Below, one piece after another: positions 1 through 11,917 of a DNA stretch of 64,000 bases. The notes beneath the pieces were generated by a model. It did no database searches. It was given only the letters and a program-made list of their open reading frames with translations, and was not told the DNA's origin. Within the stretch, counting starts at the first letter, position 1; every line of letters starts with the position of its first letter. The stretch lies in assembly GCF_036321535.1 (NCBI RefSeq), contig NC_087436.1:62250001-62314000 (forward strand). The letters run 5' to 3'. This stretch comes from Camelus dromedarius (lineage: Eukaryota). A program made the translations under genes and the position numbers.

Positions 1-834
1 ATATACTATGTAAAAATTTCAGGGCTAATAGAAATAATCATAAATGAAACAATTTAAAAATGCCACCAATATTTTTCAGAATGGTATCTTTAATCCTCAA
101 ATTCAGCCTAAAAGGAGTTTTCAGATTCTTTGTACCTAGAATCATCCAGAAGAGACTGAGGGGAAGAGAATGATGACAAAGTAGCATCAGCAGATGTATT
201 CAGAGTCTAGTGCTGAAGCAGGAGGGGCCGGAGAAAGAAGGGTTGTAGTTAGACCTATAATGTCTAATTCAAAGGTGAAGGACTCTTACTTCTTAAGTTT
301 AAAATTTTTTAAGTTCCTTATAATTTTAGAGAAATTATATTTATATCTACACACGATATCACATATATACAATTATAATTAGTATTTAATATTTACTTTT
401 TCAAGTTTTATTCAAAATTTTAGAGAAAAATCTATAATTACGTCATTTAAAAATTTTTATAATACTCTTTCATTTTTTGTAATATTAGGCAATATTAGAA
501 AATGGCAAAAAAGTACAGCCATGTCCTTGAAGTTACGTGTAATACTTGGTAGCTTTCACGCCTATCATCCAGTTATCTACTAAACAGGAGTCAGAGAAAT
601 AATTTTGGTGGAAAAAACAAGACTAAAAATATATATAATAGCATGAATTCTTTTCTTAAAACATTTTTTGTTGTTCTGATGAAATTGTTTTTAAAAGCAG
701 AATTTGTGTTTCCTGTCATTTTCCAAACATCTGTTTTGTAAATATATCTAGCATCTCAGTATGAACCAACTGAATGCCAATCTAAGTTGTCCATGCTGTT
801 ACTCTTTATAAAGAAATATTTTTAGAATATTAAT

Positions 835-1030
835 TATAAGCCAGGTCACAAGCTAGGCACTGCACGTACATCTAACCCTCACAACAATCCCATAAGCCTT
901 TCCCTATTTCACATATGGGGCTTCACAGGCACAGAAACAGTGGTAGTAATTAAGAATTCAGAAAGCTGGTTTGGAACCACAGATTCATCTCGCTTTAGAG
1001 AACAGATTCTTCACCCATATACTACAGTGC
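835..1030 (-). mobile_element. MIR SINE fragment
   Basis: ccctcacaacaatcccataag...tatttcacatatgggg...ggtttggaaccacag matches the reverse-complement MIR core. Confidence 0.7.
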
Positions 1031-1414
1031 ATCATGACTCATCATAACTCAGAATATGTGATAGAAATAGTAAATTATAGCTTTGATAAAAAATTAAGAA
1101 AAAGATAAGGAATTGTAAACAGCTCACTTATCAAGTAATCTAGACTTGAAAATGCATAAAAATTCACCATGGATACAATCTTGATAATCATGTGCACCAA
1201 AACTCCAGGCGGAAGAAAAGCAATTAGATATTTATAATGATAACGAGGAAACACTGTTAGTTTTAGGATTGAATTAAATAAATCAACCACTGGAACATTA
1301 CTAGAATTTATGTAATTATGTTATTTTTAAAATGCAGATTAATAATTCACAATAGGGTGATTATAACTCACTGATGATTATTATGCTGTCTACAAGAGAG
1401 AAGTAAGGTAATAA

Positions 1415-1946
1415 TTTACTGACCGTTTTGAGTCTGGCCCCAATGAGGATCCTCCCGCGCAGTGTCCTTCAAGCCAATAGAACTAGACTGAGTTCGGTTC
1501 AGAAGCAAAGGGAGGTTTTATTCTTGGATCAAAGAATGGAGAGGCGTGAGCTCCCGCTTTAGAGTCCACGCGCTCCCGACAGGCTGCGGGCCGGGCTGCT
1601 TTCTACCGTTCTCCTCAGCGGGGGGCGAGCGAGCGGCTGAGTTATTGGCTCCAGATGGCAGCGCGGGAGCGGCGTCTCCGCACATGCCCACTGCCCCCGC
1701 CGCCATCTTGGATTGAGGCGTCGCGCGCAGGTGCACGCAGCCCGCTGCACTGAGGTGGCGGCTGCCGCTGGCTCAGGCTAGGACCTCTGGTCTGAAGAGC
1801 CTGGTGGGAGGCCTCTGCATGCGTCCTATGAGCAAGTGAAACTAGACCAAGCACAAAGGAAAAGGAAGAAAAAGGTTAGAGTTTATTTTATTATCCAGAT
1901 GCTATTTTTATTTCCTGGGAATTGTTAATGTGCTTTGTATGTGATA
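1415..1946 (-). mobile_element. ERV 3' LTR, CpG-rich
   Basis: Shares blocks with 4399-4854 (tagagtccacgc; gagcaagtg(g)aaactag; ttaatg.gctttgta.gtga.a). AATAAA on minus at 1517-1522. About 32 CpG by manual count. Confidence 0.88.
1640..1712 (-). promoter_or_regulatory. Promoter-like motif cluster in the LTR: CCAAT box, CTCF-like site, YY1 site
   Basis: ATTGG at 1644-1648 (CCAAT on minus). gctccagatggcag at ~1648-1661 has 2 mismatches to the CTCF core CCASYAGRKGGCRS. CGCCATCTT at 1701-1709 fits the YY1 consensus. Confidence 0.45.
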
Positions 1947-1958
1947 AGTCCCTCCTCT
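1947..1958 (-). other. Retroviral polypurine tract (PPT)
   Basis: Minus strand reads agaggagggact immediately before the 3' LTR. Confidence 0.7.
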
Positions 1959-2124
1959 GCCTTCTGCCTTTTGTCCTGCTCCTCATTCCTGAAGGGGCAC
2001 TGAGGGGTGCAGGTCAGTCCTCTGTAACTGCACTGGGGAGTCGTCATAGCCCCATTAAAGGAGCAGAGCTCCTCCTCAGGTGCCTTTAGATGTGTTCGGT
2101 TGTCACCAGGCCTCCGCCCTAACT

Positions 2125-2245
2125 GTATCGCTGAGTGACCACCATTTGTCTAACCTTTGGTGACAAAGGACACCAAACAATTTCACATACATGATTCATA
2201 TCTTAGCAAGAGAATAATGATCATATGTCAAATTTTAACTAAAAA
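2125..2245 (-). pseudogene. env: ERV env transmembrane-subunit C-terminal remnant
   Basis: Minus translation MIIILLLRYESCM*NCLVSFVTKG* then QMVVTQRY, resembling the gamma-type TM tail LLLFGPCI.N.LV.FV...QM. Confidence 0.6.
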
Positions 2246-2675
2246 TGAAGGTATCGGGGTCTTTTGTCTGTAAACAAAAGTGTGCCCTGATGTTGAGGCT
2301 CACTGTCGTGGCCTGAGTACCCTGTGACACTCCTATTGCTTTTCAGAAGAGAAGGTTCAAGTCAGAGAGAGATTCACAGGAATAGTCAAGGCGGTTGGTT
2401 GCCTCAGGTTGTCTTTCCGGGGGCTGGGGCTCAGGGGCCCTCCTCTGGGGTGTGATGCGTCCACAGAGTGATCTCTGGCAGCTTCAGGACAGAGTGGGAG
2501 TTTAGGATCACCAAGAGGGGTCTGTTTCACTGAGGTGTAAGGTGATCTTGGGGGCTGACAGTTTTCCAGGTTTTTAAGTTCACCCAGTCTCCTGGCTGGA
2601 TGGGGTGGAGGGCCAGGTGAGTGGGTGCAGGCAGCACCTGGTTACCACATGCCAGGAGGGCTTTCGTGGGTCCTC

Positions 2676-3715
2676 TTACCTGGAGGGCGCACTGAGTTTT
2701 TCCATTTCAAGGGAGTTGAAGTGTCCCTTCTCTCGGGCTTGGGATATGTGTCTACCATACATGAGTTCAAATGCATTTAACTTTAAATCATCCCTTGAAG
2801 CTAACTGCATATGGAGCAGAGCAATTGGAAGTAACTTTTCCCAATTTTCTTGAGTTTTCTGACATAGCTTGGCTAAGGCCCATTTCAAGGTCTGATTGGA
2901 TCTCTCTGCTTTCCCCAGTGATTGAGGTCTTCAGGCTGAGCACAAGGTCCAGTTTATGTCCAGGACACTCATTATCTCCCTTCATCACTTGAAACATACA
3001 TGCTGGATCATCATCTCTTGGCAGGGATCCTGGGAGCCCAAATCTGGGCATTAGTTCTTTTAGAAACACCTTAGCCACTTAAGTGCTATTTCAGTTGTAG
3101 CAGAGAATGGTTCTATTCATTCAGGAAATGTGCCTGCTGGCACCAAGAGGTACCTGAAATTGCCCAATACTCTCAGCATGACACTGAAATCAATCTACAA
3201 ATCTGCTACAGAGGCCCCCCCTCCCCTGATAAGGCCCTTTTATTCTCTGGTCTGAATGAGCCTTATCTGGGGCCCTCTGGGGATTTGGTGTTGGGGTTGT
3301 TCATTGTGCAGATGAAGTAGGTCTCAACTACCCAGCTGATTTTACTTTTTATGCCAGAAGTTACCATGGTCTCAACTAACCAGTTATATAGGGCTTCCTT
3401 CCTGTGGTGAGTTGCTTGATGAGCCTCCCTGATGGCTTGACAAGCTGCAGTTTGGGGAAAGTGTTGCCTGTGTTCATTGACTAGCCACCCATAGGCTCCT
3501 AGATCTCTACTGAAGTCCCATTTTCAGGCTTTGTCTAACTGTTCCTTTGTGTAAACTGGGAAGAAAAATGGGATGGATCTGTCCTTTGAGGTATCAGGGG
3601 TGGTTGTTGAGTTTCTGGTTCTAGGGCTGCCCTTTGGCAGTTGCATCCAACTTGTTTCCTTTTATTACCTCTGCACCCCTCTTTTGATAACCTCCACTGT
3701 GAATCACTGCCACCT
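2676..3715 (-). pseudogene. pol: ERV pol remnant: RNase H C-terminus plus integrase (HHCC region and catalytic core), frameshifted
   Basis: VAVIHSGGYQKRGAEVIKGNKLDATAK (RNase H end); EAHQATHHRKE...FICTMNNP (zinc finger); IDFSVMLRVLGNFRYLLV; AKVFLKELMPRFGLPGSL; ALAKLCQKTQENWEKLLPIALL...AFELMYGR. Confidence 0.92.
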
Positions 3716-4370
3716 TTTTTTGAAACTGTACTGTTTCCAAGAGTTTAAATATGTTTAAACCGTGTTTCACCTGTTTATTCTGCACCCTCGTTCTTTTCTG
3801 TCAGGTGTTTCTTATAATTTGGGCCTTTATTTGGTCTAGCCTCTTGGCTCACGGGGCTGGCCATTTTCCTTTACCAAACAGAAAATGACTATGGAGAAGG
3901 CTACTGCTGACCCTAGCGGTCTGTGAGGAGGGCCCAAAGTCCTGGTATGGCTGCTACTGCCTTGCAGAGCACTGTGGGGAGACGGGGCGAGGCTGCCGGA
4001 CTCCTTGCCTAGAGCTCCCGGTTGTCCCTGGGCATTCGGTACCACAGGAAGGCCAGCCAGAGGCAGCAGGCAGACACGTGTGCATTTGAGTCTCTGATCC
4101 CCAATGATGCCGCAGTGTGATCCCCTCAAGGGGGCACAGCCCAGATGATTCTGGGAACTATGCCATATGTGCACTACCTCTGGATATTGGGTTGCTGGGC
4201 AGAGTGGCTCTGAATGCAGCCAAAGGCGGCTGCCATTCTACTCCATTAGAGGGACCTTAAAGGCCAGAGTCAGTATTCCTCTTGCAAACCTCCCAAAGCC
4301 TCCACCACCCTCCCACGGAAGCGAGGGCGACCCCAGAGCCTGGTAGATAGCTGTAGGCAAAAATGCTACC

Positions 4371-4392
4371 GTCCCTCTCACCTGGGCTGCTA
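4371..4392 (-). other. Degenerate primer-binding site, tRNA-Arg-like
   Basis: Minus tagcagcccaggtgagagggac just inside the 5' LTR resembles the tRNA-Arg PBS TGGCGACCCAGATGGGAC with several mismatches. Confidence 0.45.
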
Positions 4393-4398
4393 AAATTT

Positions 4399-4854
4399 TG
4401 TTACCAACCCTCCTACATTAATCTCCAACAAGGAGATCCTTCTGCCTGATGTTGTCTGAGCCAACAGACGGAGACTAAATTTGATACGTTGTATTTTTGA
4501 TCAGAGAACAGAGAGGTGTGAGCTCACACTCTAGAGTCCACGCTCTCACTGAAAGGTGGGGCTGCTCTGTAGGTTTCTCATCACCGGGGAGGGGATGCAA
4601 CGGAGTCCCTGTGGGTCAGGTGCACCTGTGCTGTTTATGGCCTGCTGGCCACCATCTGGAACTGAGGTGTCCCATACACAGCTTCTGCACAAGGTGGGCA
4701 AAACTGAGGTGTCTGGTGCAAGGCCTTTGCACTTGGCACCCTGTGAGCAAGTGAAACTAGGCTAAGCACAAGGAAAAAGAAAAACAGTTTAGACTTTACT
4801 ACCAAGTTCTAGTTTTATTTCCCAGAGAATTATTAATGGGCTTTGTAGGTGACA
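4399..4854 (-). mobile_element. ERV 5' LTR, CpG-depleted
   Basis: Begins tgttacc and ends gtgaca (TG...CA). Homologous to 1415-1946. About 5 CpG by manual count. Confidence 0.9.
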
Positions 4855-5199
4855 AAAACTAGACAATACAATCTAAAAAATGTTATTAATAAAAATATAT
4901 ATATGTTAGAACATGTAATAGATTTTAAATTAGTCATATTTTAAAAATTTTGTCTCAATTTGTATTTAAATAACTATTAGTTGAACTTTTAAATATTTCT
5001 GGTATTTTCTATTGTATGAGTGTATTACATAAAAGTGGCTGAATGTTTTTAATTGCAAATCAAGATATAAATTCTTCTAAAGATGAAAATACTCTCTCTC
5101 TTTGTATTGATACTATCATCATTACTCCATTCTACAAATACAGACTAATATTATTTGACTGGTTTATGGAGAAGAAAGCAAGTGAAGTAAAATTTGTCA

Positions 5200-5466
5200 A
5201 TTGACTTCAGTGTTTAGAATTCTGAAGATATTCAACATATCATTGCAGAAGTAAAAGAGACTATTACACATTTAAAAAGTATTCTTTGGACTAGGGGAAA
5301 AAAATGTATCATTTATATTGCGTTCGATTTGATGGCAGCAACTTTCCTGACCATTGAAATTCAAGCAGAGCACACACTGGAATATTCAACTTGCATCTGT
5401 TGCTCAGCTGCAATGAGTTATGCACTGTGATAGACCTTAGATATATATTTTGAACATGAACAGTCC
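5200..5466 (-). pseudogene. Fossil exon, ASH-like repeat
   Basis: After ...ttgctag| it translates GTVHVQNIYLRSITVHNSLQLSNRCKLNIPVCALLEFQWSGKLLPSNRTQYK*YIFFP*SKEYFLNV*. Confidence 0.65.
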
Positions 5467-7336
5467 CTAGCAATATGACATTTGCAGAAGTAATTTCTAT
5501 ATAAACTTATAGTTCCCTTTTATTCATTTTGCATTCACTTGAAAAAAAATTCTTACTTTGTTGCTGAGTCAAGAAAACACTGACTATAAAAGACAGTATG
5601 CAATAAAGCTTACTACAAAATATAAAATTTGTAGTGCTAACGAACTTTTTTAAAAAACAAATAATTCCAAAATATTGATGCAAAAGATAAATCAACATGT
5701 TATTTTTAAAGATAAAGCATTTATACATTAAGAAATGAAAACCAAAGTAAAGAAAAGCCATGCTTAAATATGAAATGTTGCCTTTCTAGTTTCAAAATTA
5801 TGAATATAAGTTTAACTTGTGCTATCTACATGCTGAAATACAGTGAACTAATATTTCAGGAAATATTTGCAAAATAGTGACTTTCCCAATTGTCAACTCA
5901 TTTTCTAGCAAAACTGGCACATAACAATAGAATAATAATAACACAATATTACTGAGTATTCAGTGTTGTTTAATCATTGACACTATTGTTATATTTACCC
6001 ATACCACCCATCCCTGACTACAGAAAGAAATAAGATGTTTAATACTGGCTACTTTAAGGTGAGGTAGGGGAGAACAGGTGTTAAATTCAATGATCAACTA
6101 TTTCATTAGGAATAGAAACTATCTGACATATAATGAGTTCATTTCTTTAAAATAATTACTTCGTCACAAAACTCATCTAAAATTTTTGAGTGTTTTCACT
6201 AAGAGACTCCCAATATGACTAAGCACCTTGAAAGGAAAAATTTTTGTTAAGTCTAATATACTTACTACAGTAATTCTCATAAGTCTTAACATACAGTGTG
6301 AGGTTTAAAAAGATACTAAACAATTCTACAACCATAAATTAAATATTTCAAACATATGCAATTTTCTAAAAAAGTTTAAAGTGTTGAATATGTATATGTG
6401 TAGATCCTCATGGATATGAGATTGAATTCTTGCATTGGATATTGCAAACTTCTCATGTATGCTTGATGTATTCTAATTTTTACTTAATACTTGAAATTTA
6501 TTTTAATATGAGTTTCTGTTCCTAGGAAAGCTCAGATTTTTTAAATTGAAGTATAACTGATTTACAATATTATATTAGTATCATGTGCACTACATAGTGA
6601 TTAGATGTTTTAATAAATTACAAAATGATCACCACATGTCTAGTTTCAAATACCACCATACGGAATTATTACAGTATTATTGACTATATTCCCTATGCTG
6701 TGATTTACTTATTTTATAACTGGAGATGTACCTCTTAATTCCCTTTACTTGTTTTGCCCATCCCCCTCTCCCCTTTCTCTGACAATCATTAGTTTGTTCT
6801 CTGTATCTATAAGTCCATTTCTGTTTTATTATGTTTGCTCATTTGTTTTATTTTTTAGATTCCACATATAAGTAAGATCATATGGTATTTGTATTTCTCT
6901 ATCTAACTTATTTCATTTAGCATAGTACCCTCTTGATCTATCCATGTTGTCACAAATGCCAATACCTCATTCTTTTATATGGCTGAGTGATTTTTATATA
7001 TATATAAAATGTACACATACACATACACACACACATATGTGTATATAAAACACACATCTTTTTTACCCATTCTGTCTCTGAATGGACATTTAGATTGCTT
7101 CCATATCTTGGCTATTGTAAATAATACTGGAATGAATATGGGGTACATATATCTTTCCAACTTAGAATTTTTGTTTTCTTCAAAAAAATACTTAGAAGTG
7201 GAATTGCTGGATTGTACGGCAGTTTTTTTTTTTTTTTTAATTTTTTTGAGGAACCTACATATTTTTTTTCCACAATGGCTGTATCAGTTTATATTCCCAC
7301 CAGAAGTGCACTAGGGTTTTTTTTTTTTCCTCCAAA

Positions 7337-7430
7337 TTTTTTTTTTTTTAATGAAGGTACTGGGAATTGAACCCAGGGCTTCATGAATGCTAAGCTTGTG
7401 TTCTACCACTGATCTGTTACCTTCCCTCCC
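7337..7430 (-). mobile_element. tRNA-Ala-derived SINE (vic-1-like)
   Basis: Minus: ...cagtggtagaacacaagcttagcattcatgaagccctgggttcaattcccagtacc followed by an A tail. Confidence 0.85.
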
Positions 7431-7449
7431 CCTTTTTTTCTACTGAATA

Positions 7450-7588
7450 TTTTTTAAATTTTATTTTGCAATTTTTTTTCCTTTTCTTACATTTTCTTTT
7501 TGTTTATTTCAGTGGAAGTACTGGGAATTGAACCCAGGACCTAGCACATGCTAAGCATGCACTCTATCACTGAGCTATAGCCACCCCA
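7450..7588 (-). mobile_element. tRNA-Ala-derived SINE (vic-1-like)
   Basis: Minus: ggggtggctatagctcagtgatagagtgcatgcttagcatgtgctaggtcctgggttcaattcccagtacttcca followed by an A-rich tail. Confidence 0.88.
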
Positions 7589-8618
7589 ATTCCACATTCT
7601 TTCCTTTTTTTGCCATTCTGATTGGAATGAGGTGATAGCTCATTGTAGTTTTGATTTGCATTTCCTTGATGATAGTGACATTAAGCATCTTTTCATGTGC
7701 CTGTTGGCCACTTGTATGTCTTCTTTGGAAAAGTATCTATTCAGGTCCTCCACCCATTTTTAATCAGATTATTTGTTTTTGAGTTTTATGAGTTCTTTGT
7801 AACTTTGGTTATTAACCCCTTATTGAACACATTATTTCCAAATATCTTTTCTTATTCAGTAGGTTGCCTTTTAACTTTGTTGCTAGTTTTCTTCACTGTG
7901 GTAAAGCATTTTAGTTTGATGTAGTCCCATTTGTTTATTTTTGCTTTTGTTGCCCTTGCCTGAGAAGACAGATTAAAAAAAAAAATTGGTTAAACCAGTG
8001 TCAAAGAGAATATTGCCTGTGTGTTTTCCTTGAGTATAATGGTTTTAGGTCTTTTATTTAGATCTTTAATCCATTTTTAGTTTATTTTTGTGTATGGTGT
8101 AAGAAAATGGTCTAGTTTCATTCTTTTCCATGTAGCTGTACAGTTTTCCCAACATTGTTCATTGAAGAGACTCTCTTTTCCCCATTGAATTTTCTTACCT
8201 CCTTTGTAGTAGATTAATTGGTTATATAAATATGGGTTTATTTCTGGGCTCTCTATTCTGTTCCATTGATCTATGTGTCTGGTTTTGTCAGTACCATATT
8301 GCTTTGATTACTACAGTTTTATAGTATAGTTTGTAATCAGGGCGCTTAATACCTCCAGCTTTGTTTTTTCTCAAAATTGCTTTTGCTACGCAGGGACTTT
8401 TATGGTTGCAAACAAAATTTAGCACTATTTGTCTTAGTTCTGTAAAAAATGCTATCAGTGTTTTAATAGGAGTTGCATCGAATCTGTAGATTACTTTATG
8501 TAGTATGGTCATTTTAACAATACTAATTCTTTCAATCCGTAAGTATAGTATATATTTCCATTTATTTGTGTCACTCAGCTTTCTATGGAATCCTATTCAT
8601 TTGTTTTTCATGCATGTC

Positions 8619-9320
8619 TTTTTTTGATTGAAGTATAGTTGATTTACAATATTGTATTAGTTTCAGTTGTACAGCACAGTGATTCGGTATTTTTGCAAAT
8701 TATACTCCATTTTAAGTTATTACAGATAATGGATATCATTTCCTGTGTTATAGAATATATCATTGTTTCTTATCTATTTTATATACAGTAGATTGTCTCT
8801 GTTAATCCTATACCCCTAATTTGTCCCTCCCCATTTCATTTCCCGTTTATTAACCACAAGATTATTTTCTATATCTCCAAGTCTGTTTCCATTTTGCACA
8901 TGTATTCATTTATATTATTTTTTAGTTTCCACATATAAGTGATATTATATAGTATTTGTCTTTCTCTGTCAGACTTATTTCACTAGCATAATATTCTCTA
9001 GGTCCTTGTACATTGCTGTAAATAACAGTATTTCATTCTTTTTTATCACTGAATAATATTCATATATGTATGTATATCACATTTACTTAATCCAGTTGTC
9101 TGTTGATGGGCACTTGACTGCTTCCATGCCTTGGCTATTGTAAATAGTGCTGCTATGAACACTGGGGTGCATGTATCTTTTCAAATTAATATTTTCATTT
9201 TTTCTGGATATATACCCCATAGTAAAATCACTGGATTATATGGTAGTTCTATTTTTAATTTTTAAAAGAATTTCCAAACTGTTTTCCATAGCGGCTGCAC
9301 CAGTTTACATTCTCACCAAC
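8619..9320 (-). mobile_element. Second LINE-1 3' end fragment
   Basis: ttgaagtatagttgatttacaatattgtattag...ttggctattgtaaatagtgctgctatgaac. Confidence 0.92.
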
Positions 9321-9772
9321 GTGCATATCTTTTGTACAACTCTATTAAATAGACTATCACAGTTTGAGGGCAAAGATCACACTTAAGTTTTTGACTCTTC
9401 TGTCCCTAGGACTTAATTTTCTTGGAATAGAATAGATATTAAGTAAATTTTATAAATGTAATTGATTAATCTTTAAAATAAAATATATCTAAACTCTTGA
9501 AGTGTCATATTATATCACTGACACATATTGATTAATTTTGAAATTGATTTTTTAAAGAAAACTGCAAGAAACCTCTAGGTTGTTGTATGAGAACAGTGAT
9601 GTGCTATTTGGAATAGCATAGCCAAATTTGGTGTTGAAATAATTCCTCCAGAAAGTCAGGGGTATTTAATGGGGTCAGAACTTTTTCTTTTTAAAATACT
9701 ATATGGCACATAAATTAACTTTAACTTTGAAAGGTATAAAAGCTTCTTTTAAGTGTTACTCTCCATATCATA

Positions 9773-10131
9773 CCTCTAAAGAATAAGTCAGAAAACAAGA
9801 AGATATTCTTTTAAGAAGGATGGGTATAATAAATTGATCTAGGACTCAAATTGCGCTATATTGCAAGATTAATTGTCTGTATCTAACTGAAGTAATTGCT
9901 TCCTCTCAGAAGCCTGAAGAGATAAGAAATGGCCCTCAGCTACTCCTAAGCAAGGGCTCCCGCTTTGGTTCCCTTTTTTCCCTTCTGCATCTCTATTATT
10001 CACAGCATTTAAATAAACTCTCCCTTACATTGATAAGACAGGCAAGAGAGAACGCTCTTAGGCGCTGCTTCTTTTACTAGAGCCTGTGTTATTTGTACAT
10101 TGATAATCGTATATAGAGGCAGTTCTTGTAC
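9773..10131 (-). pseudogene. Possible fossil exon
   Basis: tatttcaag|GTA...VQELPLYTIINVQITQALVKEAAPKSVLSCLSYQCKGEFI*; donor-like GAG|gtatga at ~9773. No clear domain motif. Confidence 0.35.
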
Positions 10132-10864
10132 CTTGAAATATATATTTTATTGGACAATTACCTAGCACATAAACCAAAAGGTATGTATGTTTGAAATGGA
10201 GTAGGGAGAGAGAAAAATTTCAAAATAGAGTTCAGACCTACATTTTCAAAGGTAGCTATTGAAAGTTCCTAGAAATATCCCATATTAGGACATAACTTTT
10301 TTTCCTAGTCCCACTTTCTTCCATAAGGATGATTAATGTGAAATTCAATGAACTTTCAGCATTCTGAGTGTATTATTATTATTGCCATCAAGGATTTCAT
10401 TTTGTAATATATATCCATGTCCTTGCTTAACTTTGTTCACAAGTGAGTTTAAGAATCTACATAAAAGGCATTAGAGGAGAGATGAAACAATCTGACAGGT
10501 AAAAAGGGAGAAAGAGAGAGGGAGCGGAGAGAGAGAGAAGGCAAGTAATAGATTCCTAATCTAGTATTATTGGAGAAGTCTGTGAATTTCTACCAAAAAT
10601 TACTGAAGAATACTGTAAGTAAACTCTTCTATCCAGATAATATATGCTAATATTAACACAATCTATTTCCCTTGTATTTCACAATTTGTGTAGACAGTTA
10701 CAAAGATGACTTAATATAACATTTGCAACTGATATGAACAGAAAATTTAGAGGATAGGAAAACAGAATGGTCAGAAAATATACTAAAATTGTCTTTACCT
10801 TTTTAGGCAATGATATGATAATTAAAACAAAGAACTTTTCAACATTTATCACATAGACAAGAAT

Positions 10865-11640
10865 TTCAAATTGTGAGATTATTATTGGGATACAAAGAAG
10901 CAGAAGCACTTACACTGCTGGGAGTGTGATTTGTCATACTAGCTTTAGAGAGAAATTGGGTAATATCCAATAGAATTGAAGATTCATATACTCTATGGCT
11001 TTCTATACCCTATAGGAAGTCTCACAATGTAAACTACGTAAAGATAAATCAACAGGGGTTGTCACTGCAACATTTCTGTTAACAGTCAAATATTAGAATC
11101 AGCCTAAATATTCATCAGTAGGGAAAATAAATAAACTGTGGTGCTTTATAAATTGAAATATTATTCACAATTAAATAGAGTATATCAGCTCTTTGGTATC
11201 AATGAATGGACCTTGAAACAGGTATAAAGTGTTAAAGCACACTGAAAAAAAAATCACACTATGATATGGTTTATATATATTTATAAAATATATATAATAT
11301 TGATAAAGTACATATAAGTAAAATACTTATAAGCATAATATACACATAAGTTTAATATTATAATAAAGTATAATAGTATAATAATAATATAATCTCTTAT
11401 TTAGAGGAAATATACATGAACAAGAGGGATACACACCAACTTCCAGGGGGAAAAAGAATGTAATGTCATATAGGCTGGGTGATTGCAGCTATATTTAAGC
11501 CATGCTTCTAAAAGTAGTAGCTAAATCAAATAGAGGAAGAAATTTGTGCTTGCTAAGTGTAGATGTTCTAGTTATAATATCTCCATATATTTACATATAA
11601 GATGATATTACATAATCAAAAATAACTGCTCTTCATAATA
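10865..11640 (+). mobile_element. Old LINE-1 (L1ME-like) 3' fragment
   Basis: cactgctggggagtgtgatttg...cctaaatattcatcagtagggaaaataaataaactgtgg. Confidence 0.7.
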
Positions 11641-11871
11641 AAATCAGTTGGCTTTTTTGACTGGTAATTTGTTTCATTTTTTTTCTCTCTTTTTAATGTA
11701 AAGTTGAAAAGGATAAGGACAGAAATCCTCAGAATAGATGGATGAATAGCTTACATATTGTTTAATTTTTGTTTTGCACTGTTTTAGGAACAGGGATAGT
11801 TAACATTCCTTTTCATGTTACTTGACTTACTGCAATATAAATACACTTCAATAAATTTTGCTACAAATAAA

Positions 11872-11874
<3 letters not shown>

Positions 11875-11908
<34 letters not shown>

Positions 11909-11917
11909 TGTGTATGT
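11875..11917 (+). repeat. (TG)n microsatellite
   Basis: Direct observation. Confidence 0.95.

Larger units (their letters stand above)
1415..4854 (-). mobile_element. Internally deleted ERV1-class (gammaretrovirus-like) provirus
   Basis: Two homologous LTRs (1415-1946, 4399-4854), PBS-like site next to 4399, polypurine tract next to 1946, and decayed RNase H/integrase and env-TM coding remnants between them. Confidence 0.93.
6537..8580 (-). mobile_element. LINE-1 3' part (ORF2 C-terminus and 3'UTR), interrupted by two SINEs
   Basis: ORF 8288-8512 ([15 protein letters not shown]...[15 protein letters not shown]) is L1 ORF2. The 3' end ttgaagtataactgatttacaat is typical. Confidence 0.95.

Noticed and set aside
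1518..1854. Three overlapping GC-rich ORFs that look like a gene's first exon (MAAGAVG...)
   Set aside because: They lie entirely within the ERV LTR. High GC content explains the open frames, and AAGATGGCGG is the YY1 motif.
7337..7588. tRNA-Ala genes (also 47806-47890)
   Set aside because: They have A-rich tails and substitutions that break stems or the anticodon, and they are nested in L1s. These are SINE copies, not tRNA genes.
6975..9386. Hydrophobic plus-strand ORFs (7009-7314, 7697-7924, 9171-9386) as membrane proteins
   Set aside because: Antisense translations of LINE-1 sequence.
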